DNA of 27,766 nucleotides from Thainema sp. (GTDB lineage: Bacteria; Cyanobacteriota; Cyanobacteriia; Phormidesmidales; Phormidesmidaceae), in assembly GCA_052168235.1 (NCBI GenBank), contig JBQLZK010000077.1, positions 1 through 27,766 on the forward strand, given 5' to 3'. The position numbers and the translations under genes were made by a program. The notes under the pieces were generated by a model. The model did no database searches and had not been told where the DNA came from. It saw only the letters and a list, made by a program, of their open reading frames with translations. Numbering within the stretch: the stretch's first letter is position 1; each line of letters opens with the position of its first letter. Shown one piece after another: positions 18,552 through 27,766 of this stretch.

Positions 18552-19733
18552 ATGCGCGTAATTCTGATGACCGGAAAAGGTGGCGTCGGCAAAACGTCAG
18601 TTGCCGCTGCAACGGGGCTCCGCTGTGCAGAACTTGGCTATAAAACCCTTGTCCTCAGTACCGATCCGGCCCACTCGCTAGCCGATAGCTTTGATATGGA
18701 ACTTGAGCATGCACCGCGGCAAGTGCGCCCAAATTTGTGGGGAGCCGAACTAGATGCTCTGATGGAACTAGAAGGAAACTGGGGTGCCGTTAAACGCTAC
18801 ATCACTCAAGTATTGCAAGCCCGAGGGCTCGAAGGTATAGAAGCCGAGGAGTTAGCCATCCTGCCCGGTATGGATGAGATCTTCAGTCTTGTGCGGATGA
18901 AGCGCCACTACGACGAAGGTGAGTACGACGTGCTGATTATTGATTCGGCCCCGACAGGCACGGCTCTAAGACTTTTGAGTCTGCCTGAGGTGGCGGGTTG
19001 GTATATGCGTCGCTTTTACAAACCGCTACAGGCCATGTCCTCTGCGCTGCGTCCCGTCTTTGAACCGATCTTTAAACCGATCGCAGGGTTTTCCTTGCCG
19101 AATAAAGAGGTAATGGATGCACCCTACGAATTCTATGAGCAGATTGAAGCACTGGAAAAGGTTTTGACCGATACGGCCCAAACCTCTGTTCGGCTGGTCA
19201 CAAATCCCGAAAAGATGGTGATCAAAGAGTCTCTCAGAGCCCATGCCTATCTGAGCCTCTATAATGTTGGGACTGATCTAGTGGTGGCCAACCGCATTAT
19301 TCCTGATTCGGTTAGCGATCCATTTTTCAAACGCTGGAAAGAAAATCAGCAGCAGTACCGACACGAAATTCACGAAAACTTCCGTCCGTTACCGGTGAAA
19401 GAGGTTCCTCTTTATTCCGAGGAAATGTGTGGTTTAGAGGCGCTAGAGCGGCTAAAAGAGACGCTGTACGGCGACGAAGATCCGGCGCAAGTCTATTACA
19501 AAGAAACGACTCTCAAGGTGATTCAACATCAAAACGAATACAGCCTTGAAGTTTATTTGCCGGGTATTCCTAAGAGTCAGATTGAGCTGAGCAAATCAGC
19601 CGACGAACTCAATATTCGCATCGGTAATCACCGGCGGAATTTAGTGCTACCTCAAGCCCTCGCAGCCATGCAACCTGCCGGAGCCAAAATGGAGGAAGAC
19701 TATCTAAAAATTCGCTTCGCTACGATGAATTGA
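18552..19733 (+). CDS. ArsA/Get3/TRC40 family ATPase with C-terminal alpha-crystallin-like domain
   Basis: [23 protein letters not shown]-terminal beta domain (LEVYLPG...[16 protein letters not shown]). Confidence 0.95.
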   Translation: MRVILMTGKGGVGKTSVAAATGLRCAELGYKTLVLSTDPAHSLADSFDMELEHAPRQVRPNLWGAELDALMELEGNWGAVKRYITQVLQARGLEGIEAEELAILPGMDEIFSLVRMKRHYDEGEYDVLIIDSAPTGTALRLLSLPEVAGWYMRRFYKPLQAMSSALRPVFEPIFKPIAGFSLPNKEVMDAPYEFYEQIEALEKVLTDTAQTSVRLVTNPEKMVIKESLRAHAYLSLYNVGTDLVVANRIIPDSVSDPFFKRWKENQQQYRHEIHENFRPLPVKEVPLYSEEMCGLEALERLKETLYGDEDPAQVYYKETTLKVIQHQNEYSLEVYLPGIPKSQIELSKSADELNIRIGNHRRNLVLPQALAAMQPAGAKMEEDYLKIRFATMN

Positions 19734-19806
19734 TGGATGAACTGATGTTAGTATGTCAGCTCAGCATGGGCATAGTGTAAATCTGGCGTCAATTATCAAC
19801 AAGTAA

Positions 19807-19938
19807 AAAACGAGGTAGAGAATTACGGTTAAGATCGCTTCTCTACCTCGTTTTCTCAGCTACAACTCGCAAATCGAAACCGAGACAGGATATTTTGCTG
19901 CCCAGATAATGTGGGGACAAAGTATCCTGTCTCGGTTT
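19807..19938. terminator. Two hairpins between convergent ArsA/Get3 and cyAbrB genes
   Basis: 16-bp arms at 19807-19854 and 19877-19938, with A/T runs at the stem ends. Confidence 0.65.
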
Positions 19939-20043
19939 TTAGGCAACTACAGCACTGACGAAATACAAATTCTGCATCTCGCAATAGCTTCTGTCTTTAC
20001 AGATTCAAGACTGATTCAGCGCCAGTTCTTGAAACTCAGTGAA

Positions 20044-20430
20044 TTATGACGCTTCTTCTTCATCAAGCTGCTTCAGATGAATATGTTTGCGACCCAGAGA
20101 AATTTCGAACTCATCGCCCGGTTTGAGCTCCATCTGCCGGGTATAGGCAGAGCCAATGAGTAGATTGCCATTTGATTGAACGCTAATCCGATAGCTCGCA
20201 CTGCGACCACCCCGACCATTGGCTGATGCCTTGCCATCAAGTTCAATTCCCTCTGCGTCAATAAGCGCATTCAGAAATTTCATCATGTTGACTCGCTTGA
20301 CGCCGCTTTTAGTGGTTGTGTAGTAACCACAGGCTTTCGCTTTATCTTCCTTGCTTAGATTACCTAGCTCTTTAACTTTGGTGAGTAATTCTTCGCCAAC
20401 TAGCGGAGTTTCTTTCTTCTTTTTTGCCAT
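20044..20430 (-). CDS. cyabrB2: Cyanobacterial AbrB-like transcriptional regulator, Sll0822/CalB type
   Basis: KAKACGYY, RVNMMKFLNALIDAEG, GRSASYRISVQSNGNLLIGSAYT, PGDEFEISLGRKHIHL. Confidence 0.9.
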   Translation of the reverse strand: MAKKKKETPLVGEELLTKVKELGNLSKEDKAKACGYYTTTKSGVKRVNMMKFLNALIDAEGIELDGKASANGRGGRSASYRISVQSNGNLLIGSAYTRQMELKPGDEFEISLGRKHIHLKQLDEEEAS

Positions 20431-21271
20431 TTGATGATGCTCTCAACTCTACAACAAAACAAAAACAATCAGACAAAAGCGAGCAGGCGCTTGGGGACAT
20501 AGTCAAAGCGAAAGACAGTCACCACTGCTGCCGACTGCCGCCGTACTGCTGCCGTAAGGATGAAGCATTTATTTCAAATTCTTTGCTTCTCTCCTGACAA
20601 GCAGGCACCGCTCATTTTCTGCCATACCCAACCTGAGCAATGCACCTAAACGATGCACTGTTAGAGTCGTTAATGAGTTTTAAAATGTCCCCTGCCCAAG
20701 CTATTAGCTCTAACCTCTAAGTATTCATGCCCATTTAAATACCAATTTTGAATAGATCAAACTGAAGTTTAGCAAAAAATCGCTTGTAAAACTATGATAT
20801 ACCCAAATTTCGTGATTGTTCTAGTAATTATTTTATTCTGGAAAATATTTTTTTTATGAATGGAGTTTGCGACATATTTTTCGGTGAATTGAGAAATGCT
20901 AAGTAAGCAGGCATCGATGCATCTAACGTTCAGGACAAAGGTGCCTTACTTGAGAATCCCCCTTTTATCTTCAGGCTGGATTCAGTTGCCTCTAGCTGCC
21001 TCGGTGGCTAAGTAGACTCGCAAAGTAACCGATATTAAGCGGTTGAAAACATACTGGATTCCTATCGGTTTTAACTACCAGCGGACTGTCTCGCCGCTGT
21101 TGCGGTAGAACAATTGTGCAGATAGTTCATATCAATAATCGGCAAGTCTATACGTTATTATGCCGTTGTTCTATATAGCCTCTTCCGTATAACTTCGGAT
21201 CTACTTTTAGATGGCAGAGATGGATGGCTCTATCGTGTGATTGGGTATGCCGATCCTGTCCGGAAATACCA

Positions 21272-21352
21272 GGTGCTGCTTAATCTGGATATGAATTGTG
21301 GTGTGGGGGCACCGCCCCCACACCACAATTCATACTTAAAATCAGCAATCCC
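21272..21352. mobile_element. 81-bp MITE-like element with 8-bp target duplication
   Basis: Direct repeat aaatacca at 21264-21271 and 21353-21360; degenerate TIRs ggtgctgct...agcaatccc; 21-bp perfect stem at 21290-21334. Confidence 0.7.
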
Positions 21353-21502
21353 AAATACCAGCTTCGTGTTTTGGTTGGATGAGGTGTGATCTGATGAGAG
21401 CCCTTAATGTTTATCTGTTAGCTATCTTGTCAGCGACTGGTTTGCAGAATTGCCTACAATGTGTAGAACAAGAATGAATGCGGCAGGATTGGTCTAAAGG
21501 GC

Positions 21503-21946
21503 ATGAAGCTAACAACTCGTGGACACTACAGCGTAAAAGCATTGCTTGATTTGTGTCTCCAACCCAACCGACAGCCTGTAGCTGTGCGAACAATTGCTCA
21601 GCGACAAGATATTCCTGCGCCCTATTTAGAGAAACTACTAATTGATTTGCGGCGAGCAAAATTAGTGCGTTCGGTACGAGGTTCTCAAGGTGGATATCAG
21701 CTTGCCCGTGCGCCACACAAAATTACGCTGGGTGAAATTTTAGAAGCGGTTGGAGAAACGATTGAGCCGCTACCGCGACATGAGCCACTGGCTGATCATG
21801 CTGAAGATTGGGTGACATTTACGCTGTGGAACCGTTTACATCAGAATCTTAAGGCGGCACTGCACGGCATTACTTTAGAAGATCTGTATTTTGATGCGCG
21901 CAGTTGGCAGGCGGCTCAAGGTGAAGCGGTAAGTTTTGTCGTCTAA
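21503..21946 (+). CDS. Rrf2 family transcriptional regulator (Slr0846-like; lacks the IscR Cys triad)
   Basis: MKLTTRGHYSVKAL, IPAPYLEKLL, SVRGSQGGYQL; tail AEDWVT...DARSWQAAQGE. Confidence 0.93.
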   Translation: MKLTTRGHYSVKALLDLCLQPNRQPVAVRTIAQRQDIPAPYLEKLLIDLRRAKLVRSVRGSQGGYQLARAPHKITLGEILEAVGETIEPLPRHEPLADHAEDWVTFTLWNRLHQNLKAALHGITLEDLYFDARSWQAAQGEAVSFVV

Positions 21947-22119
21947 TTTCCCAAGCGTATCCAAATTCATATCTTGGGTTAGGAATTTAGGGTGAGTTTT
22001 GCGTTGGTCTGCTGGGTCTGTCTATTAGATAGAGTAGATAGAGCTAAACTCAAGCTAAATCGGTTCAGTCTAATTAATGAAACGTTGCTTCATCTTTTCT
22101 TTTAAAAGTTGGGTTAAGA

Positions 22120-24030
22120 ATGACGGATTTGTCGCTTGCTTCACAGTCGTTTGCTGCTCAATGGTTGGGGCAGTATATGCCTCACGGCTCCTGCTACCTT
22201 TGGCAGTCTAATCTAATTTGGCTCCATGTATTGTCGGATGGTTTGACTGCGATCGCATATTATTCGATTCCAATTACGCTGCTTTATTTTGTGCGTCGCC
22301 GTCAGGATTTACCGTTTGACTGGGTTTTTTTGCTGTTTGGGGCATTTATTGTTGCCTGTGGTACGACTCACCTGATGGAAATCTGGACGCTGTGGAAGCC
22401 AGATTATTGGCTGTCGGGCTACATCAAAGCGATGACAGCGGCGGTGTCGGTTTACACAGCGATTCAATTGATTCCGTTAGTGCCCAAAGCCCTAGCTTTG
22501 CCTAGCCCGGCTCAGCTAGAGGCCGCCAATCAGTCGCTGCAGCAAGAAGTGGAAGCGCGGCAGCAGGCAGAAGCGCAAGTGCGAAAAATTAATGATGAGC
22601 TGGAGTTTCGGATTGCGGAACGGACACAGGAATTGGAACAGGCCAATCGGCTGCAGCGACAGTTACTGAACCGTGAACGGCAGGCTCGCAAGGATGCTGA
22701 ACAGGCGAATCGCATTAAAGATGAATTTGTCACGACGCTGTCCCATGAGTTGCGCACACCGCTAAATGCGATCGCAGGTTGGACACAGTTGATTCAGCGA
22801 CGAGATTGTTCGTCGGACACGCTTGAAAAAGGAATCAACGTGATTGAGCGCAATGCCCAATCGCTAACCCACATGATTGAAGACATCTTAGATATGTCGC
22901 GCATTGTGCGGGGGCAGGTGCGTATGTTAATTCAGCCCGTTGACTTGCGCCATCTGATTGAGACTGCAGTAGACAGCGTTACGCCTGCAGCGAATGCTCG
23001 TAATGTGGCTATTCAGCTTCATCTGTCAGACTATAACGATGTGATTCAGGGGGATGCGCATCGCTTACAGCAGGTTGTCTGGAACTTATTGTCCAATGCC
23101 GTGAAGTTTACACCCGGTGGGGGACAGATTGACGTATTTCTGACAACGGATGATGACCAAGTTCAAATTACTGTGGTTGACACCGGACAGGGGATTGATG
23201 CTAGTTTTCTGCCCCATGTGTTTGAGTATTTTCGGCAGGCGGATGGCAGCATTACGCGATCGCGTAATGGGCTGGGACTGGGACTGGCAATTGTTCGGCA
23301 TCTGGTTGAGCTGCACGGTGGCACAATTACGGCAGATAGTCCTGGATTGAACCAAGGTTCTACGTTTACCGTGAGTTTGCCCTATGTGTCGGCGTTGAAT
23401 TCATCTCGTCAATCAGCGACCCCGCTCACAGCGATACCATTGCCACATTCGGAGCTTTCCAACAATCATCGCATCCCGACTTCAATCTCGTCTGTGCCCA
23501 GTCAAACGAGACAGACGGATCAAGCGGAACGTTCTGACGGTCAAGCCTCTGACCGGATAGTATCTGACAGTGCAACGAACGATGGAAAAACTGATGAGGC
23601 AAAGGGTGCCGTAGCTCTATTACCTAATTTGAGCGATTTATCTCTGCTACTGGTTGAAGATGATGACTCCTCGCGGGAGTTTTTGGCCTTTACGCTGGAG
23701 GTTTATGGCGCACAGGTGCAGCCTGCTGCCAGTGTGCAAGAGGCCATTCGGCTATTGGAGTTGACCGTTCCGGATGCGATCGTAAGCGATATTGCCATGC
23801 CCAATCAGGATGGCTATGTGCTGATCCGATATCTACAGAATCAGCCTCGGTTGGCCAATCTGCCCGTTGTTGCCGTTACTGCCTATGCGAGTCAAGAGGA
23901 ACAGGCGCGAATTCAGCAAGCCGGTTTTTATTGCTGTTTGCCAAAACCTGTGCAGATCGATCGGCTCGTGGCTGTTTTACAGTCCTGTCGGTCACGCAGT
24001 CAAAGCAGTGGCGTTGAATCTGCGTGCTAA
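22120..24030 (+). CDS. Hybrid sensor histidine kinase with ethylene-receptor-like TM input domain
   Basis: SDGLTAIAYYSIP and FIVACGTTH; H-box LSHELRTPL; NLLSNAVKFT, DTGQG, GLGLGL; receiver LLVEDD...SDIAMP...KP. Confidence 0.93.
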   Translation: MTDLSLASQSFAAQWLGQYMPHGSCYLWQSNLIWLHVLSDGLTAIAYYSIPITLLYFVRRRQDLPFDWVFLLFGAFIVACGTTHLMEIWTLWKPDYWLSGYIKAMTAAVSVYTAIQLIPLVPKALALPSPAQLEAANQSLQQEVEARQQAEAQVRKINDELEFRIAERTQELEQANRLQRQLLNRERQARKDAEQANRIKDEFVTTLSHELRTPLNAIAGWTQLIQRRDCSSDTLEKGINVIERNAQSLTHMIEDILDMSRIVRGQVRMLIQPVDLRHLIETAVDSVTPAANARNVAIQLHLSDYNDVIQGDAHRLQQVVWNLLSNAVKFTPGGGQIDVFLTTDDDQVQITVVDTGQGIDASFLPHVFEYFRQADGSITRSRNGLGLGLAIVRHLVELHGGTITADSPGLNQGSTFTVSLPYVSALNSSRQSATPLTAIPLPHSELSNNHRIPTSISSVPSQTRQTDQAERSDGQASDRIVSDSATNDGKTDEAKGAVALLPNLSDLSLLLVEDDDSSREFLAFTLEVYGAQVQPAASVQEAIRLLELTVPDAIVSDIAMPNQDGYVLIRYLQNQPRLANLPVVAVTAYASQEEQARIQQAGFYCCLPKPVQIDRLVAVLQSCRSRSQSSGVESAC

Positions 24031-24132
24031 AACTAGCCTGAGTGATGTGCCAGCAGGTTGTGCACCTTTCGCAAAATCCGACTTTGGGATTTAATAGCAG
24101 ATTCGATATAAATCCTGGATGTTTTGCCCAAA

Positions 24133-25134
24133 ATGCTTGCGCTGTCTCCTGAGAGCTATGTAGAAATCGTTCCTGTGCCCCTAGTTTTCGCGGCAGGGCT
24201 GGACTATTTAATTGGAGATCCGTGGGGCTGGCTGCATCCGGTTCAATGTATAGGCTGGGTCATTCAGACGAGCAGCCATTTGCTGCTGAGCCATATCAAA
24301 TCGGAGTGGGGACAGCGATTGGCTGGAATCGGTCTGGGGCTGGTAGTCATTGGTGGCAGTGGGCTGGTGGGCTGGCTGCTGGTGGTTTTAGCGATTTATA
24401 TTCATCCACTACTGGGCTGGGTGGTTGAAACAATTCTGCTGGCTAGTTGTTTTGCTGGCCGGAGTCTACGCAGGGCTGCAGAAGATGTACTGCGCCCCTA
24501 TGTGGCCGGAGATTTGGAGCAGGCACGACAGCGATTGAGTCTCTACGTGGGGCGGGATACCGCTACGCTATCTGCGCCCGAAATCCTCAGAGCCGTGTTT
24601 GAAACGGTGACGGAAAACGCCACTGATGGAGCGACTGCGCCACTGTTTTATGCGATCGCAGGTGCCGTTTTTTTACCGGGTATCGGCGGCGCTCCTCTGG
24701 CCTTGGGGTATAAAGCCGCTAGTACTCTAGACTCGATGATTGGCTATCGGCGGCCACCTTATACATACTTGGGCTGGTTTAGCGCTCGCCTAGAGGATGG
24801 GCTGACCTGGTTACCCTGCCGCTTAACGGTGTTGACGATCGCCCTGCTCTCGGGACAGCCCCGGCAGGTTTGGCACATCTGCCGACGGGATGCCCCGGCT
24901 GATCCAAGCCCCAATGCAGGCTGGAGCGAATGTGCCTATGCGGCGGCTCTGAGCGTTCAGGTTGGCGGGATCAATATCTATCACGGTCAAGTCAAGCACA
25001 AGCCGCTGCTGGGCGATCCCCTACAGCCGATTACTGTTGCCATCATTCGCCAAGCGATGCGTCTTACTCGTCTGAGTTTGCTGACTTGGCTTTTAGTTGC
25101 GATCGCATTCAGGCTGAGTTCAACTATCTTTTAG
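24133..25134 (+). CDS. cbiB: Adenosylcobinamide-phosphate synthase CbiB
   Basis: GDPWGWLHPV, VGRDT, TENATDG, YKAASTLDSMIGY, SPNAGWSE; start uncertain. Confidence 0.95.
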   Translation: MLALSPESYVEIVPVPLVFAAGLDYLIGDPWGWLHPVQCIGWVIQTSSHLLLSHIKSEWGQRLAGIGLGLVVIGGSGLVGWLLVVLAIYIHPLLGWVVETILLASCFAGRSLRRAAEDVLRPYVAGDLEQARQRLSLYVGRDTATLSAPEILRAVFETVTENATDGATAPLFYAIAGAVFLPGIGGAPLALGYKAASTLDSMIGYRRPPYTYLGWFSARLEDGLTWLPCRLTVLTIALLSGQPRQVWHICRRDAPADPSPNAGWSECAYAAALSVQVGGINIYHGQVKHKPLLGDPLQPITVAIIRQAMRLTRLSLLTWLLVAIAFRLSSTIF

Positions 25135-25243
25135 ACGTACCGCATTTGGGCAAAACTCTCTAAGATCAAGACAGGTCTTGCCTAGAACTCGATTTGAGAT
25201 TATACAGTTGACAGAAGGACGCTAAACGTTAACGTAGAAAGCC

Positions 25244-25456
25244 ATGTTTTTAGACGAATTAACTCCCGTACTCCAAGAGCTGGTTGGTCATCCTGTTGCC
25301 TTCTTGGGTGGATTTGCATCCGGCGTACTTAAAATCAATTTGTCTGATGATCCGGTCAAAAGCTGGCTAACGCAGCAGGGAGCCGCTGGCGTGTCAACGC
25401 CAACCGATAGTCCCAATGGCAAAAGTACGGGGCCACAGACCATTGAAATTGATTGA
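25244..25456 (+). CDS. Small conserved cyanobacterial/plastid protein (UPF0426-like)
   Basis: HPVAFLGGFASGVLKINLSDDPVKSWL...GPQTIEID. Confidence 0.8.
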   Translation: MFLDELTPVLQELVGHPVAFLGGFASGVLKINLSDDPVKSWLTQQGAAGVSTPTDSPNGKSTGPQTIEID

Positions 25457-25825
25457 AGCTTCACGAAATGCTTAATCTTGTAGAAATTTCTGCTATCCTC
25501 TGCTAGGTTAACCGTTACGCCATTGCAGCTTAAGCAATGTCGCTGCCATTTTTATAGCAGTCTGCTTTCAGCATGAATTCACGGCTAAATTGTTGAAATC
25601 TTGCGGATTTCTCAACCAATTGTCTGGATTCTGTATAAAGACGTTGAATGATCAGTCAGATTCTAAATCGCCGAATTGGCAAAGAATTCTGCCAGAACCG
25701 TTCAACGTACCGTGTCAACTGCTAGGGTTAGCGTAAGATGGCATGGATAGTGATGCTAATTAAATGGGAAAGGTTGTTGCAGCAGATGATGCTTCAAGCC
25801 TTCGTCTCTGCTACTGGGAGGTGTT

Positions 25826-26896
25826 ATGAGTTCTTCGACAGATCGATTTTCGGAATCACCACAATCGGATCCAAAGGAAATGGATTCAACGGTTAATGCT
25901 AATTCTGACTCATCTCAATCTCCTAAGCGACTTGAGGCGAAGAAGCCATCAGGTCGAGTTGCGCCGCCAGCAGCAGAGAACACGACTGACTCATCTGAAC
26001 CGCCATCGGCCTCTAAGCCATCGGCTTCTGCGGCTAAGCCGACTCAGGAAGCTGATGGCTCTGCGGTAGCAGAGTCTACGACGGAATCCACGACTGAGGC
26101 GGCTGGAGTTGAGAAGAAACCGCGCCAGCAGCCGATTCCACCGCCGAGTGAACCGCTGCAGTATCGGGCGATTGGCTTGGTGCGAGGGCGCTATGAACCG
26201 TCTGAAGAACAATTCAATCGAGGCAACATCATCGCCGAGGGTGATGTGAAAATTGATGCGGTTTTACTCGGTCGCGTCACCAGTCTGGTCAAGAAGCACC
26301 TTGATCCGGAACAGGATCACCTGTGGGTTGTTTATCCGCGTACCCGTGAAAAGCAGAACGATCTGCATTTGCAAATTGTTGGCGTTTGGGAACCGGAAAA
26401 GCTACAGGCGAAGGAAGAGGAACCTGAACCAAGCGAAACGGGTCTGGCGCTGCGTCCGCCACAGCCACCTCAACCCCGCAATAACTATTTCTCGATTCGG
26501 GGAGAAGTGATCATTTACGATGAGGACGAGGAAGCCGTTACCGTTAAAATTTTGCAGTCGCCTAAGCGACCGACGGATTCAACTAAGGTGTTTAAGCTGA
26601 ATCTGCGCGGTAAGCTGCCGGGATCTAGAACTGTTGGTCATTTTTGGGATATCAATGCGCGGCGAGAGGGCGATTATTTAGAAGTTTACTTGGCGGAACG
26701 GGTTGCGATGATGAAACCCCGCAAGCCTCGCCGTCGAGATCCACGCAGCGATCGCAACAGTCGGGGTGGCCCACCACAGCGACCGTTTAGGAAAACCTCG
26801 CACGATGCACCATCCGGTTCTTCTGGGGCGTCTAAGCCCGTTCCTAAGCCCGCTAAGCGCACAAGTTCTGATGATTCGCCTGGAGCATCTAGTTAA
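25826..26896 (+). CDS. Conserved hypothetical protein with low-complexity termini
   Basis: RBS ggaggt; core PIPPPSEPLQYRAIG...HLWVVYPRT...LQIVGVWEP...YFSIRGEV. Confidence 0.85.
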   Translation: MSSSTDRFSESPQSDPKEMDSTVNANSDSSQSPKRLEAKKPSGRVAPPAAENTTDSSEPPSASKPSASAAKPTQEADGSAVAESTTESTTEAAGVEKKPRQQPIPPPSEPLQYRAIGLVRGRYEPSEEQFNRGNIIAEGDVKIDAVLLGRVTSLVKKHLDPEQDHLWVVYPRTREKQNDLHLQIVGVWEPEKLQAKEEEPEPSETGLALRPPQPPQPRNNYFSIRGEVIIYDEDEEAVTVKILQSPKRPTDSTKVFKLNLRGKLPGSRTVGHFWDINARREGDYLEVYLAERVAMMKPRKPRRRDPRSDRNSRGGPPQRPFRKTSHDAPSGSSGASKPVPKPAKRTSSDDSPGASS

Positions 26897-26929
26897 CGCT
26901 CTTTTCCGCTAGTACTTTTCCGATGAGAG

Positions 26930-27275
26930 GTACTGGTTTAGCGTGCTGTTCTGCTAGCTTGCTCTCACCGCTTGACTAAGCTCACGCCGAAGCCCTGAAT
27001 CCCTCTCCTGCAAGCTACTGTTTATACATAAGTCTCCTGGACTTCGTTTCGACGTTGAGATCCCCCCTTAGCCCCCCTATAGCCCTTCGGGCATGGTTTC
27101 GTCTAGAGAAAGGGGGAATTGGCTCAAGGTTCCCCCTTTTTAAGGGGGATTTAGGGGGATCAGTCCGGGATTGAGAAGGACTATTTAGATGTGTATAAGC
27201 CGTAGCCTGCAAGAGAGGGACTTCCGATCCGGCTCTCAGCCTCTTCTCCTGTGGGATAAGGGACTGGAGGCTGAG
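26930..27275 (-). mobile_element. Second, degenerate copy of element A (one TIR retained), hosting element B
   Basis: gtactggtttagcgtgctgttctgct matches the reverse complement of the 3334 end; 27206-27275 matches the reverse complement of ~3033-3097. Confidence 0.7.
27015..27205 (-). mobile_element. MITE-like element B, copy 2 (191 bp, 8-bp target duplication)
   Basis: TIRs ctactgtttataca / tgtataagccgtag; direct repeat cctgcaag at 27007-27014 and 27206-27213; reverse-complement homolog of 3098-3261. Confidence 0.85.
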
Positions 27276-27638
27276 ATCTGAGGTTTGATCGTGCTAGGGA
27301 TAGCGGGTGAGGATACTGATGTGATCGTCGAGCTGGCGCTGGACGAGAATTTGCGCTACGTCGCCTGCGCTGGGGCATGGAATCGGCTGGCTCCATTCGT
27401 TGGCTTCAGCAAAACCACGGCGATGCAGGTTTTTGATCGTGACGATGATGTCAGGTCGGGAACCGAGCAGGATAATCCGTAGGGGATGGCGATCAGGAAC
27501 GGATGTGCGATCGCGCTTTTCCTGCCTGTCAGTCTCAATCGCGATCGCGCTTTTTACATCAACTAAGTTTGCTGAGGATTAGGAAGGTGTTTGCGATCGC
27601 AAGTTCTTAGATTTGAATAGAAAAGGCGTTACGTTCCA

Positions 27639-27697
27639 TTAATCATTAATGAACCCTTAATCATTAATGAACCCTACAAAATTTGCTACAAGATTTG
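27639..27697. repeat. Tandem direct repeats (2 x 18 bp, then 2 x 12 bp)
   Basis: ttaatcattaatgaaccc x2; ctacaaaatttg / ctacaagatttg. Confidence 0.8.
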
Positions 27698-27766
27698 CGA
27701 TCGCACTGAGACGGCACTGGTCGGCTAAAAGGTGATAGAGTGTAGACCTTGCGTGGTCAGGAGTTC

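Noticed and set aside
18552..19733. Arsenic resistance operon
   Set aside because: Single-domain ArsA/Get3 with a crystallin-like tail and no arsB/arsC/arsR; this type is common in cyanobacteria
16686..24030. Copper-themed cluster (tyrosinase plus ethylene-receptor-like kinase)
   Set aside because: Separated by unrelated housekeeping genes; no evidence of co-regulation
23900..24132. Cobalamin riboswitch before cbiB
   Set aside because: Only ~100 bp of intergenic space and no B12-box motif visible

Overview
Chromosomal window from a cyanobacterium, probably a filamentous Leptolyngbya-type lineage (inferred from dense HIP1 GCGATCGC, cyAbrB2, a Slr0846-like Rrf2 regulator and desB). Core or common genes: SDR oxidoreductase, fasciclin protein, desB, GDSL hydrolase, two crcB/Fluc, frr, pyrH, ArsA/Get3 ATPase, cyAbrB2, Rrf2, an ethylene-receptor-like hybrid kinase and cbiB. 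Most notable: (1) a Streptomyces-style MelC1 caddie-like plus MelC2-like tyrosinase pair with no visible Tat signal; (2) an HTH-AAA / AAA-WD40 gene pair separated by five 9-bp direct repeats, with the AAA-WD40 gene collapsed by a deletion that left an out-of-frame WD40 remnant, next to a divergent cluster of secreted Cys-paired proteins; (3) nested miniature mobile elements, in which one MITE family sits at the same hairpin of the same host repeat at two loci with different target duplications; (4) a strong bias of HIP1 towards the 10-mer TGCGATCGCA. No rRNA, tRNA, CRISPR array or transposase was seen. All family assignments come from motif recognition by eye, not from database searches.
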